The notes under the pieces were generated by a model. The model was not told where the DNA came from, searched no databases, and saw only the letters and a program-made list of their open reading frames with translations. From assembly GCA_036274515.1 (NCBI GenBank), contig DASUFQ010000123.1, forward strand, positions 1 to 59,652: 59,652 nt of DNA, given 5' to 3'. Positions 32,570 to 42,135 of this stretch are shown piece after piece. The position numbers were made by a program, and so were the translations under genes. This DNA comes from Gemmatimonadales bacterium (GTDB lineage: Bacteria > Gemmatimonadota > Gemmatimonadetes > Gemmatimonadales > GWC2-71-9). How positions within the stretch are numbered: the first letter of the stretch is position 1; each line of letters opens with the position of its first letter.

Positions 32570-33835
32570 ATGCCGACCGCGGCACGGCGCGGCAGGACAC
32601 GCCGCCGGATCGGCCTCGCGCTGGCCGGCGGCGGCCCGGAGGGCGCCGTCTACGAGATCGGCGCCCTCCGGGCGCTCGACGAGGCGTTCGACGGCCTCGA
32701 CCTCCACGAGCTCGACATCTACGTCGGCGTGAGCGCCGGGGCGTTCATCGCCGCCGCGCTTGCCAACGACCTCACCACGGCGCAGATGGTTCGCGCCCTC
32801 GTCAAGCACGAGCCCGGGGAGCATCCGTTCGTCCCCCAGACCTTCTTCACGCCGAATTACCGCGAATGGGCCCGCCGGAGCCTCCTGCTCCCGCGGCTCT
32901 TTGCCGACGCGATGCTCGAGTTCCGGCGCGGCCCGAACGAGCAGACGCTCTTCGAGTCGCTCACGAAGCTGGCCCGGGCGCTGCCGGTGGGGCTGTTCGA
33001 CAACGAGCCGATCCGCCGCTACCTCGAGCGCACCTTCAGCATCAAGGGCCGGAGCGACGACTTCCGCGAGCTCCGCCAGCGCCTCATCGTGGTAGCCACC
33101 GACCTCGAGAGCGGCCGCCCGATCCTCTTCGGCGACGAGGGGTGGGACCACGTCCCGATTTCCAGGGCCGTGCAGGCGAGCACCGCCGTGCCCGGGTTCT
33201 ACCCGCCGGTCCAGATTGAGGGGCGCAACTGCGTCGACGGCATCCTCCTCAAGACGCTGCACGCCTCGGTCGCCCTGAAGGAGGGCGTCGACCTCCTCCT
33301 CTGCGTCAATCCGCTCGTTCCGGCCGACCTGCACGAGGCCGTCCAGGGCGGCCGGCTGGAGCGGGGGGCGCTGCTCGACAAGGGTCTCGCCACCGTGCTG
33401 AGCCAGTCGCTTCGGACGCTCATCCATTCGCGCCTGGAGGTCGGGATGGCCGCCTACCAGGCACGGTTCCCGGAGTCGGACGTCCTCCTCTTCCAGCCCG
33501 AGCGGAACGAATTCGACCTCTTCTTCAGCAACATCTTCAGCTTCCGCTCGCGCCGCCGCGTGTGCGAGCTCGCCTACGACGCCACGCGGCGAAACCTGCG
33601 CGCGCGCCGCAAGACGCTCGGCCCCATGCTCGCCCCGTACGGCATCACCCTGAGGGACGACGTTCTGGACGAGGATCGGGATCTCTGGGCCAGCGTGGGA
33701 CTCGGACAGTTCAGCGGGCGGGATCCGGTCACCAGCGAGTTCGCGACGGCGCTCGACGAACTCGAAGTGGCCGTGACGGGCGAGCGTCCCGTGCCGCCGG
33801 CCTCAGGGAAGGGGCCGGGGCGCCCGGGGCGGTAG
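32570..33835 (+). CDS. Patatin-like phospholipase/lipase
   Basis: Trimmed from 31850 to ATG 32570. Oxyanion GGGPEG, nucleophile elbow GVSAG, catalytic DG (CVDGIL). Confidence 0.85.
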   Translation: MPTAARRGRTRRRIGLALAGGGPEGAVYEIGALRALDEAFDGLDLHELDIYVGVSAGAFIAAALANDLTTAQMVRALVKHEPGEHPFVPQTFFTPNYREWARRSLLLPRLFADAMLEFRRGPNEQTLFESLTKLARALPVGLFDNEPIRRYLERTFSIKGRSDDFRELRQRLIVVATDLESGRPILFGDEGWDHVPISRAVQASTAVPGFYPPVQIEGRNCVDGILLKTLHASVALKEGVDLLLCVNPLVPADLHEAVQGGRLERGALLDKGLATVLSQSLRTLIHSRLEVGMAAYQARFPESDVLLFQPERNEFDLFFSNIFSFRSRRRVCELAYDATRRNLRARRKTLGPMLAPYGITLRDDVLDEDRDLWASVGLGQFSGRDPVTSEFATALDELEVAVTGERPVPPASGKGPGRPGR

Positions 33836-35005
33836 GGGGCGGTCGGAGAGCCGCCACAGGAACACCCCCTCCCGCGCGCTCCGCTCGGCACCGGACAGCC
33901 CGCGGTAGCCGCAGGGCGGCTTCCGGAGCCGTCGCGCCAGCGCGAGCACCAGCCACCCGAACGGCAGGTAGAAGCCGGCCAGGTCCCAGTCCCGTAACAG
34001 CCGGTGGATCGCGTTCCGCGCCGGGGGCCGCTGGAAGTCTCGCACCCGCCGGACGAAGGCGACCGGCCATCCCGTCGGGAGCACCCACCGCAGCTTTCCC
34101 CATCCCCGCTTGATCGTCTTCCAGAGGTGCGCCCCGTCGTACGGGCTGCGCCCGTGGATCGCCACCAGCTCGTCGAGCTCGACCTGCATTTCCTGGCGGA
34201 TTCGCTCGGCGGTGCGCTGCAGCGTCGGGCGGTCGGGCTGCTCGAGGTCGGTCACGCCGGCCTGGCGGAGGTAGGCCGCCGCGTCGATCGGCGCGCCCAT
34301 CACGAAAATGGTCCGCGCCGGGAAGGCGAGGTACCAGATCCAGGGAAAGACGATGGCGAGCAGCCCGGCGGGGAGGGGCAGGAAGGGAACCCCGAAGAAC
34401 CGCTGCATCAGCCGGTCGAGCGGAGGAAAGACATAGCCGTAGGGATTGATCCACTCGGCGTTGATCATGTAGAGCGGAACGACCGGCGCCCCGTGCCGAG
34501 CGGCCAGCAGGACGAAGCTCGTGCTGAATCGCTGCAGCTGGTACCGGCGGTTGAACCCCTTCCCGATTCCCGGCACCCCTTCGGGGAAGTACAGGACCCG
34601 ATCCCCTCGGTGCAGGAGGCGGTCGAAGTTGTCGAACAGCATGTCGACCCCGCCGCCGCGGCGCCAGAAGTCGTCGAGCCCGAAGGGGCGCATCCACCAG
34701 GTGTACGAGAGCTCCTTCTCGTACACAGCGCGCAGTTTCCGGTCGGGCTGGCACCCCTCGTGTCGCCAGTGCGCCGCGTCGAAGATGATCGCATCGTAGG
34801 GGAAGGCATTGCCGCTGTGGTTGGCGGCGAGGATGGCGGGCCCGTCGGTGGGCAGGTGCTCGAGCCCGAAAATCGCGGGGCGGAAATAGTGATCGAGGAT
34901 CGGGCCCAGCACGTCCTCGATGACCGCCCGGCTGAACCCGGGGTCGAACGGCTCCCAGGAATCGGGCGGCTCGATGGGGGGCTCGACCGTCGGTGGCGGG
35001 CGCAC
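33803..35005 (-). CDS. PlsC-like (lysophospholipid/glycerol-3-P) acyltransferase-family protein with C-terminal membrane region
   Basis: AILAANHSGNAFPYD (variant of the H-x4-D block), FPEGVPG (block III), and hydrophobic segments later in the protein. Convergent 33-nt overlap with the patatin gene. Confidence 0.65.
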   Translation of the reverse strand: MRPPPTVEPPIEPPDSWEPFDPGFSRAVIEDVLGPILDHYFRPAIFGLEHLPTDGPAILAANHSGNAFPYDAIIFDAAHWRHEGCQPDRKLRAVYEKELSYTWWMRPFGLDDFWRRGGGVDMLFDNFDRLLHRGDRVLYFPEGVPGIGKGFNRRYQLQRFSTSFVLLAARHGAPVVPLYMINAEWINPYGYVFPPLDRLMQRFFGVPFLPLPAGLLAIVFPWIWYLAFPARTIFVMGAPIDAAAYLRQAGVTDLEQPDRPTLQRTAERIRQEMQVELDELVAIHGRSPYDGAHLWKTIKRGWGKLRWVLPTGWPVAFVRRVRDFQRPPARNAIHRLLRDWDLAGFYLPFGWLVLALARRLRKPPCGYRGLSGAERSAREGVFLWRLSDRPLPPRAPRPLP

Positions 35006-35009
35006 CCCG

Positions 35010-36695
35010 TCAATCTCCCCGTCGAACCGCCAGGACCAGCGCGATCACGAAGAAGGGCACATAGAACGGCCACGCGTGAGGGCCGACGAACCCGAGGATG
35101 ATGGCGCCTGCTACCAGCGAGAACCCGGCGATGAGCGTGCCGCGCAGGCCGGCCAGCGGATTCTCGCCGCTCCGCTTGGCCGTCTTTTCCATGACCCGGA
35201 GCCCCTCGGTGATGAGGAGCGGCATCTTGACGAGCGCGTCCACCAGGTCGGGCGCGCCGCGGAGGCCCTCCTGCGCGAGCCGCACCGGGCTGAACTGCTG
35301 GATGAACACCCGCCGCACGTGGCGCTTCGACACCTCCGCCACGTCGAACCCTGGCAGCAGCACCTGGCCCACCCCCTCGAAGGTCACCAGCGCCTTGACC
35401 ATCAGCACCATCTCGACCGGGAAGAACATGCGGTATTCCGCGCCGCGGCTCACCGACTCGAGGATGAGCTGCCCGAGGGAGAAGCTGTCGAAATTCGCAT
35501 TGCGTCTCCACCGGCTCGAGATCTCCGCCACGTCCCGGCGAAAGCCCGCCGGGTCGCCGCCCCGGCCCGGCTCTGCCGCGGCGGACAGGTACCGCGCGGC
35601 GTTCTCGGCGTCGCCCATGACGAGGGCGTAGTAGTAATACAGGAGGGTGCGGCGGAGCTCGTCGTGCATCCGGCCGACCATCCCGAGGTCGATGAAGCCG
35701 GCCGTCGGGCCCGGCAGCACCAGCAGGTTGCCGGGATGCAGGTCGGCGTGGAAGAACCCGTCCTTGTAGATCATCCGGATGATAGCCTCCGCGCCCAGGT
35801 CCACCAGCCGTTCACGGTCCTCGAGCGGCATCGCCTGGACCGCGGCGGAGTCCGGGCGGTGCCCGTCGAAGAACTCCATGGTGAGCACCCGCTCCCCGCT
35901 GAGCTGGCGGTAGATCCTCGGAAAGACGATCCCCGGTTCGTCCGCGAAGTTGGCGGCGAAGGTCTCGGCATTGTCCGCCTCCCGCCGCAGGTCCACCTCG
36001 CGGAGGGTGTACTCCGAGAATTCCCGGATGATGCGCTTCGGGCCGAACCGCGGGAAGGCGAGCTCCAGGATCCAGCCGGCCATCGCGAGGAGCTTCGCGT
36101 CGCGCCGCAGGATGGCGGGAATGCCCGGCTTGACGACCTTGATGATGACGGCGTCGCCGTCCAGCGTCGTGGCCCGGTGGGCCTGCCCGATGGACGCCGA
36201 CCCGAGCGGCACCTCGTCGATGGACAGGAACATCGCGTCGAGCGGACGGCCGAGGTACCGCGTGATCAGTTCGCAGAGCACGGGAAACGGCACGGCCGGC
36301 AGCGTGCTGAGGAGGTGCTTCAGCTCCTGGGTGACGGGGCGCGGGAGGATGTCCTCCCGGAGGCTCAGGATCTGGCCGAGCTTGATATAGGTGGGGCCCA
36401 GGCGCTCGAGGCGGCGGCGCAGCTGCACCGGAAAGGGGAGGTCGCGAAGCGACCGGTCGAGAAACGGCCGGGTGACGGCGTTGAGGAGGCGGGCAAGGAG
36501 GAAACCGACTCCGCGGCCGCGGGGCGTGCCCTTCCGCTCCGCCACGTCCACGGCCAGCGCCCCGAAGACGAGCCCGAGGAGGTGGCGCTGGGTGGTGAGG
36601 AACCGCCGGAAGAGGCTCTGCCGCGGCAGGGCCTCGTACACTTCGAACGGGGCGGCGGGGGTGCGCACGTCGGCGGTTTCAGGGGCTGCCATCAC
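35010..36695 (-). CDS. ABC1/UbiB-family atypical kinase
   Basis: LGPTYIKLGQILSLREDILP, PLGSASIGQAHRA, IKVVKPG, FHADLHPGNLLV, IDLGMVG, and C-terminal TM helices. Its stop lies 4 nt from the acyltransferase start. Confidence 0.9.
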   Translation of the reverse strand: MMAAPETADVRTPAAPFEVYEALPRQSLFRRFLTTQRHLLGLVFGALAVDVAERKGTPRGRGVGFLLARLLNAVTRPFLDRSLRDLPFPVQLRRRLERLGPTYIKLGQILSLREDILPRPVTQELKHLLSTLPAVPFPVLCELITRYLGRPLDAMFLSIDEVPLGSASIGQAHRATTLDGDAVIIKVVKPGIPAILRRDAKLLAMAGWILELAFPRFGPKRIIREFSEYTLREVDLRREADNAETFAANFADEPGIVFPRIYRQLSGERVLTMEFFDGHRPDSAAVQAMPLEDRERLVDLGAEAIIRMIYKDGFFHADLHPGNLLVLPGPTAGFIDLGMVGRMHDELRRTLLYYYYALVMGDAENAARYLSAAAEPGRGGDPAGFRRDVAEISSRWRRNANFDSFSLGQLILESVSRGAEYRMFFPVEMVLMVKALVTFEGVGQVLLPGFDVAEVSKRHVRRVFIQQFSPVRLAQEGLRGAPDLVDALVKMPLLITEGLRVMEKTAKRSGENPLAGLRGTLIAGFSLVAGAIILGFVGPHAWPFYVPFFVIALVLAVRRGD

Positions 36696-36725
36696 GGTCT
36701 AATAACCCGCCTCAGCTGAGGCAGG

Positions 36726-38255
36726 TCAAGAGCCTTCCAGGTCGGGGAGCACGCGGGCGTAGGCGGGGAAGCGCGCGCGCATGTCGCGGCCGAGCATCCC
36801 GCCGTGGCCCAGCTCCGCCAGCGCCTCCAGCGTGAGCTGCTCACCCGCCATCATGCGGGGAAGCAGCAGGTCGGCGGCCGTCGCCATGCCGAAGGCGCCG
36901 CACTTCGGCAGCCCCAGCAGCTGCGTGGCACCCAGCCGGCCGACCCAGAGCATCGATCCGGGGTGCGCCGGGATGCCACGCCGCAGGATTTCGCCGCCGA
37001 GCGTGGCGAGCGCGGACAGGAGCGGGGAGAGCGGGTCGCCGGCGGAGACTCCGCCGACCAGGAGCACATCGACCCTCCGGTGCAGCGCCAAGTCGTCGAG
37101 CGCCCCGCACAGCGCGGCCGAGACGGCCTCCGGGTCCGAGCCCGTCACATCCACCACCCCGCCAAAGCCGCCCCCCAGGGACTCGGCGCGGAGCCGGGCC
37201 GCCGACTCGAAACGATCCCGGGCGTCCGGCGGCAGCGGCTCGACGATGAGGGCGCCGAGGGTTGCGCCGGTGTAGGGGCGGACGGAGATGAGGGCGGCGT
37301 GCGCCGCGGCGCGCCGGACGCCTTCGTCGACCACCTGCTGCTCGACGACGAAGGGCGCCACCTTCACGCTCGCCACCGCCTCCCCGCGCTCGACGGGCTG
37401 GTGGTTCCACCTCGTGAAGACCTCGAGCGCGTCCACCCCGTTCACCTCCTCCAGTCCGGTCAACGAGAGCGACAGGACGCCGGCGTGCGTCGCGACCAGG
37501 TCGATCCGCCCGAGCGATGCCGCCTGGAGGGTGACACCCGGCCCGGCGACTGCGTTCGCGAGCTGGCGCGCGGCCTCCGATTCGTGCAGGTCCTGCCCGC
37601 CGATCCAGGCCAGCCGCACCGGGCCGGTCAGGTCGCCCCGGGCGGCCTCGACCAGCAGCGCGGCGGCATCGGCTGCACCCAGGCGGTGGCCCTTCGGGAG
37701 GCGCCGGCCGCCCGCCGCCACGGCACCCAGCAGCACCGCGCCGTCCAGGGACCCGGAGGGCAGGGCGAGGAGGTCGGCGATCGAGAGCGCACGGGGCGTG
37801 GTTCGGGGCGTCGTGGCTACCCGCTCGACGACATTGGCCCAAAATGATTCCGTGAAGCGGCGCAGCGTCACCTCGACCATCCCGTGCCCCAGCGAGGTCA
37901 GCATCCCGTGGACGGTGGTCGTCGACCTCCACTCCAGGCGTGTCGTGCCGGGCGACACCACTTCCAGCCGGACCTGCGTGGCCACGTCGAGACTCGATCC
38001 GGGGGCGGTGCCCGTGGCGCGGAGGTGAAGACTCGCTGGCGGGACCAGGTCGTGGAGTTCCGCCTCGAGGTCCACGTGGGCGGTCAGCAGTCCGGTCCCC
38101 ACGCGGCAGCGGACCGAGTAGCGCCCGGGCCCGAGGACATCGAACGATTCTGCCCCCGGGGTGCACGCGGCCATCGCGCCGCCGTCCTGGAGCTGCCGCC
38201 ACACGACTTCGCGCGGTGCGGCGAGTTCCGGCGCGCCGCCGAACTCGAAGATCAC
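36726..38255 (-). CDS. CoxG-like SRPBCC domain fused to a molybdopterin-binding (MoCF-biosynthesis/MoeA-like) domain
   Basis: N-terminal ~150 aa resemble CoxG. The C-terminus has VDVLLVGGVSAGDPL...HPGSMLWVG...LGLPKCGAF, typical of MoeA/CinA-type molybdopterin-binding folds. Confidence 0.6.
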   Translation of the reverse strand: MIFEFGGAPELAAPREVVWRQLQDGGAMAACTPGAESFDVLGPGRYSVRCRVGTGLLTAHVDLEAELHDLVPPASLHLRATGTAPGSSLDVATQVRLEVVSPGTTRLEWRSTTTVHGMLTSLGHGMVEVTLRRFTESFWANVVERVATTPRTTPRALSIADLLALPSGSLDGAVLLGAVAAGGRRLPKGHRLGAADAAALLVEAARGDLTGPVRLAWIGGQDLHESEAARQLANAVAGPGVTLQAASLGRIDLVATHAGVLSLSLTGLEEVNGVDALEVFTRWNHQPVERGEAVASVKVAPFVVEQQVVDEGVRRAAAHAALISVRPYTGATLGALIVEPLPPDARDRFESAARLRAESLGGGFGGVVDVTGSDPEAVSAALCGALDDLALHRRVDVLLVGGVSAGDPLSPLLSALATLGGEILRRGIPAHPGSMLWVGRLGATQLLGLPKCGAFGMATAADLLLPRMMAGEQLTLEALAELGHGGMLGRDMRARFPAYARVLPDLEGS

Positions 38256-38866
38256 GTCGGGAATCGCTCGATGCGGGCCAGGTCGGCGGGGACGTCCACA
38301 TCGGGGTTCGCGCCGTCGACATCCACCTGGAGGACAAGATGGGGGGAGCGTTCCAGCGCCGGGCCCAGTCCCTGATCGCCGCGCAGCGAATCGGCGATCC
38401 CCCAGGCGTCACGGTCGAGGAGGAGCGGGTGCCCCGGCACGTCGGGGGTGTCCGCGTACCGGGGCCGGACGACGACGCTCCCACCCGCCTGCCAGGCGCC
38501 GATGACCTCCTCGGCCGCCTCGCGCGGCGCGGCGGGCTGGTCGGCAAGGAAGATCAGCGCCGCCTCCGGCTGGGGCTCCAGGGCGGCGAGCGATCCGAGC
38601 CCCAGCCGGAGCGAGTGCGAGATCCCCCATTCGGGATGGTCGTTCCGCACGATCCGGAAGCCGCCCTGGCGGAGGAGGGGTGTGACCGCTTCGTCGCCGG
38701 CTGGGGTGACGGCGGTGGCTCCCGCCAGCCGGCCGCGGGCGCGCAGCGCGCCGATGAGCGCAATCGAATGGGTCACCAGCGGACGCCCGCGCCAGAGCGC
38801 CAGCAATTTCTGGCCGCCGAACCGGGTGGCGCGTCCCGCGGCCAGGAGCAGTGCGTGGGGGAGCAT
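38252..38866 (-). CDS. mocA: MobA-like NTP transferase (molybdenum cofactor cytidylyltransferase-like)
   Basis: LLAAGRATRFGGQKLL N-terminal nucleotidyl-transferase motif. 204 aa. ATGA overlap with the CoxG-fusion gene. Confidence 0.7.
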   Translation of the reverse strand: MLPHALLLAAGRATRFGGQKLLALWRGRPLVTHSIALIGALRARGRLAGATAVTPAGDEAVTPLLRQGGFRIVRNDHPEWGISHSLRLGLGSLAALEPQPEAALIFLADQPAAPREAAEEVIGAWQAGGSVVVRPRYADTPDVPGHPLLLDRDAWGIADSLRGDQGLGPALERSPHLVLQVDVDGANPDVDVPADLARIERFPT

Positions 38867-38911
38867 GGGGGGAAGAATAGCCGGAGTCCGCGCGACTCCG
38901 CTCGGCGGCGT

Positions 38912-39943
38912 CTACCGGAGGGCGATGTAGATCAGGGCGGCGATGGCGGCACTCATGGGGATGGTCAGGACCCACGCCCAGACGATCCGGCCGGCGACGC
39001 CCCATCGCACCGCGGAGAGGCGGTTGGCCGCGCCCACGCCGACGATGGCGCCGGTGATGGTGTGCGTGGTGCTGACCGGCACGCCCAGCCCCGAGGCGAC
39101 GAACAGCGAGATGGCCCCGGCCGTCTCGGCGCAGAACCCGCCGAAGGGGCGGAGCTTGGTGATCTTGCTCCCCATCGTCTTGACGATGCGCCAGCCGCCA
39201 AGGGCGGTGCCCAGGGCGATGGCGGAATAGGCGGACATCTCGATCCAGAGGGGGATGGTGTCGGCGGTCGGGACATGGAGGTGCCTGAGCCAGCCCACTT
39301 CGTTCGCGAACATCGCCTGGGTCGAGACCAGGAGGCCGACCACGATGCCCATCGTCTTCTGGGCGTCGTTGGCCCCGTGACCGAGCGAGTAGAGGGCGGC
39401 CGAGACCAGCTGCAATCGCCGAAACAGCTTGTCCATCGGGCCGGGGCTCTGGCGGCGCAGCGCCCACGAGAGCCCGACCGTCAGGGCGAGCGCCAGCCCC
39501 ATCCCCAGCACCGGGGAAATCACGATGAAGAGGATCGGCTTGATCCAACCGCTGGCGATCAGGGCGCCGGCCCCCGCCTTGGCCACCGCGGCGCCGCCGT
39601 ATCCGCCCAGCAGGGCGTGGCTCGAGGAGCTGGGGAGCCCGAGGTACCAGGTCACGAGGTTCCACGCGATGGCGCCGAGCAGCGCGGCGAGCACCACGTT
39701 CGGGTCCACCACCGACGGCTGGATGAGCCCCTTGCCGATCGTCTTGGCGACCGCGGTGCCGACGACGAACGCGGCCACGAAGTTGAAGGACGCCGCCCAG
39801 AGCACCGCGGCGCCCGGCGAGAGCACCCTCGTCGAGACCACCGTCGCGATGGAGTTGGCGCTGTCGTGGAACCCGTTGATGAAGTCGAAGATCAGGGCGA
39901 CCACGATGATCGCCAGGACGAACTCGACGGACGGCGACACCAT
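38912..39943 (-). CDS. pitA: Inorganic phosphate transporter, PiT (PHO4) family
   Basis: Trimmed from 40087 to ATG 39943. FDFINGFHDSANSIATVVSTR plus a second GANDAQKTMG repeat. Confidence 0.9.
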   Translation of the reverse strand: MVSPSVEFVLAIIVVALIFDFINGFHDSANSIATVVSTRVLSPGAAVLWAASFNFVAAFVVGTAVAKTIGKGLIQPSVVDPNVVLAALLGAIAWNLVTWYLGLPSSSSHALLGGYGGAAVAKAGAGALIASGWIKPILFIVISPVLGMGLALALTVGLSWALRRQSPGPMDKLFRRLQLVSAALYSLGHGANDAQKTMGIVVGLLVSTQAMFANEVGWLRHLHVPTADTIPLWIEMSAYSAIALGTALGGWRIVKTMGSKITKLRPFGGFCAETAGAISLFVASGLGVPVSTTHTITGAIVGVGAANRLSAVRWGVAGRIVWAWVLTIPMSAAIAALIYIALR

Positions 39944-40563
39944 CAGGCGTGCTTGATGAAGATGGACTCGAGCACGTTGGCGACGTCCTCGGCGTGGTCG
40001 AGGGTCTTCTCCAGCGTGTCGTAGATCTCCTTCCACTTGATGACCAGCAGCGGGTCGGGGTTCCCCTTGAAGAGGTCGCCGAGCCACTGGTGGTAGATCG
40101 CGTCGCCATCCTCCTCGAGCGCCTTCACCTTGACGCAGGCCTGCAGCACCTCGCCGTTCCGGGACTTGTCGAGATGGCGTATCCCCGTCTGCAGCTGCTC
40201 CGTGGCAGAGACGATCGTGTCGGCGAGGAGGATCGCCCCCTTGGGCGCATTGTCGGCGTGGAACACCTGCACCCGGCGGGCGCAGCCGTCCATGAGGTCC
40301 ATCACGTCGTCGAGGCGGGAGGCGAGGGTGTGGATGTCCTCGCGGTCGAGGGGGGTGATGAAGGAGCGGTCGAGCCGGGTCACCACCTCGTGGGTGATGG
40401 TGTCCGCCTCATGCTCCAGGCGCTTGATGGACTCCACGATGGGGAGCCGCCGGTCCATCTCGGTGGCGAGCAGCTCCTTCAGCTGCTTGGCGGCTTCGAC
40501 GTTGAGGGTGGCGACCGCAGTGAAAAGGTCGAAAAACCGCTCGTCGCGGGGCAGGAGGCGCAT
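39943..40563 (-). CDS. DUF47 / PhoU-like phosphate-transport regulator (YkaA type)
   Basis: MRLLPRDERFFDLF...EHEADTITHEV...PLDREDI...LEKTLDHAEDVANVLESI. Its stop overlaps the pitA ATG by 1 nt. Confidence 0.85.
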   Translation of the reverse strand: MRLLPRDERFFDLFTAVATLNVEAAKQLKELLATEMDRRLPIVESIKRLEHEADTITHEVVTRLDRSFITPLDREDIHTLASRLDDVMDLMDGCARRVQVFHADNAPKGAILLADTIVSATEQLQTGIRHLDKSRNGEVLQACVKVKALEEDGDAIYHQWLGDLFKGNPDPLLVIKWKEIYDTLEKTLDHAEDVANVLESIFIKHA

Positions 40564-40634
40564 TGCAACATCCCGGTAAAGTTCACGTAACGAACCGCCG
40601 GGCGGGAAGATAAGGGTGAGGGGGGAAGTCGCAA

Positions 40635-40652
40635 GCGGACCCTGCGGTCCGC
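40635..40652 (-). terminator. GC-rich hairpin (GCGGACC-CTGC-GGTCCGC) downstream of the HAD gene
   Basis: 7-bp stem and 4-nt loop, located between the HAD stop (40670) and the PhoU-like start (40563). Only a TT follows on the minus strand, so it is weak as an intrinsic terminator. Confidence 0.25.
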
Positions 40653-40669
40653 GGAGGCCTGCCAGCCGC

Positions 40670-41323
40670 CTAACGCGAAGCCTCGAACAAGGTTAGGAGC
40701 TCCGACGGATGCTCCAGCCAATGGTCCGGCGCCGCGCCCTCGAGGTCGGCTCGCCCGAATGGCCCCCAGAGGACCGCCGCGGTCCGGACTCCGGCGTGCC
40801 GTCCGGCATGCATGTCGTGGACGCTGTCGCCGACATAAATGGTGCTCGCGGCGTTGGCCCCCAGGAGCTCGACGGCACGGTCGATCGGTTCCCGGTGCGG
40901 CTTCGGATGGGTGACGTCGTCGGCGCCGATCACCACGTCCATCGCGGCCTCGAGCCCCGCCAGGCGAAGCCCCCGGAAGGCGCCGACCCGGTTCTTGCTG
41001 GTCACGATCCCGGTTCGGCACCCCCGCCCGCGGACGGCGGCGATCATCTCGACAACGCCCGGATACACCGTCACCCGGCTGTCGTGGTGAAAGATGTTGT
41101 AATCGCGATAGGTGGCGATCATCGCCTCCATCCGCGCCTCGTCGTGGGCCCACTCGCCGAACTGGACGCGCAGCGGCGTGCCGATGCCATCCAGCCACTC
41201 CCGGTCGGTGCGCGGCGGGATGCCGTGGACCTCCAGGGTGTGATGGTAGGAGTCGATGATGAGGCGGATCGAGTCGATGAGGGTGCCGTCGAGGTCGAAC
41301 AGGACGGTCGCGATCGGTAGCAT
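40670..41323 (-). CDS. HAD-superfamily hydrolase (phosphoglycolate phosphatase/PpaX-like, subfamily IA)
   Basis: DLDGTLIDS (motif I), IVTSK (II), K-x...GDSVHD (III/IV). Confidence 0.85.
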   Translation of the reverse strand: MLPIATVLFDLDGTLIDSIRLIIDSYHHTLEVHGIPPRTDREWLDGIGTPLRVQFGEWAHDEARMEAMIATYRDYNIFHHDSRVTVYPGVVEMIAAVRGRGCRTGIVTSKNRVGAFRGLRLAGLEAAMDVVIGADDVTHPKPHREPIDRAVELLGANAASTIYVGDSVHDMHAGRHAGVRTAAVLWGPFGRADLEGAAPDHWLEHPSELLTLFEASR

Positions 41324-41409
41324 AGGGGGAATTTAGCGGAGCGGGCCGGGCCGGACTACCGTACCGCACGCGTGGAGGTGGCGGACTCGATCCGAGGTTT
41401 CGGGACCGC

Positions 41410-42126
41410 TCACACCCGCCGGACGAGGAACCCCATGTAGGTGGCCCGATGCGGGAAGTGGCGGTTCATCGTCCGGTCAAAGCCGGTCCAGAACCCCGAG
41501 AGCCGCCGCTTCTTCGCGCCCATCCAGTTGAGCAGGCGCTTGCTCGTGAGCAGCTGGCGCCGAACCTGGCGGAATCCGGCGGCCTCAAACAGGATCCGGA
41601 ACCCGTCGGGGTCGAACGAGTGCAGGTGGCCGTTCCGGTGGACCCGCCTGCCGGTGGCGGGGTCGGTGATCATCTTGGACTCGAGATTCTCCCGGTAAGG
41701 CACGCACAGGATGCCGTGGCCTCCCGGACCCACGAACCGCGCGAGCTCCCGGAGCGCGGTGTCGGGGTGGGGCAGGTGCTCGAGCACCTCCTGGCAGAGC
41801 ACGAGGTCGAACGGCGCCGGTGGCTGGTACGTATACAGGTCCTCCCGGGCCTGGGTGATGCCGTAGGTCTCGCAGCGGTCGCGGAAGATCGCCAGGCTGC
41901 TCTCGTTGATGTCCACGCCATGCACGGAGTAACCCGCCTGCGCCAGCAGGTAGCACATGTACCCCTTGCCGCAGCCCGCGTCGAGGACCGTGCGCACGCC
42001 CGGCGGCACCAGGCCGAGCAGGCCGTAGTACCGGAGCAGTTCGCTGTGGTTCATCTTGCGGGTGTGGACCAACTGGATCCAGTCTTCCAGCCCGCAGAAC
42101 GGACCTGCCCGATCGTGTGGCCGCAT
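41410..42126 (-). CDS. Class I SAM-dependent methyltransferase (small-molecule-type, Methyltransf_11/23-like)
   Basis: VLDAGCGKGYM (motif I), VHGVDIN, DLVLCQEVLEHLP. The ATG at 42126 is preceded by GAGG and lies 9 nt after the helicase stop. Confidence 0.8.
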   Translation of the reverse strand: MRPHDRAGPFCGLEDWIQLVHTRKMNHSELLRYYGLLGLVPPGVRTVLDAGCGKGYMCYLLAQAGYSVHGVDINESSLAIFRDRCETYGITQAREDLYTYQPPAPFDLVLCQEVLEHLPHPDTALRELARFVGPGGHGILCVPYRENLESKMITDPATGRRVHRNGHLHSFDPDGFRILFEAAGFRQVRRQLLTSKRLLNWMGAKKRRLSGFWTGFDRTMNRHFPHRATYMGFLVRRV

Positions 42127-42135
42127 CGTGACCTC

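Noticed and set aside
36709-36722. 14-bp perfect palindrome GCCTCAGCTGAGGC between the UbiB start and the CoxG-fusion stop
   Set aside because: It is short, would form only a 5-bp stem with a 4-nt loop, and resembles no known operator. It could be chance in GC-rich DNA.
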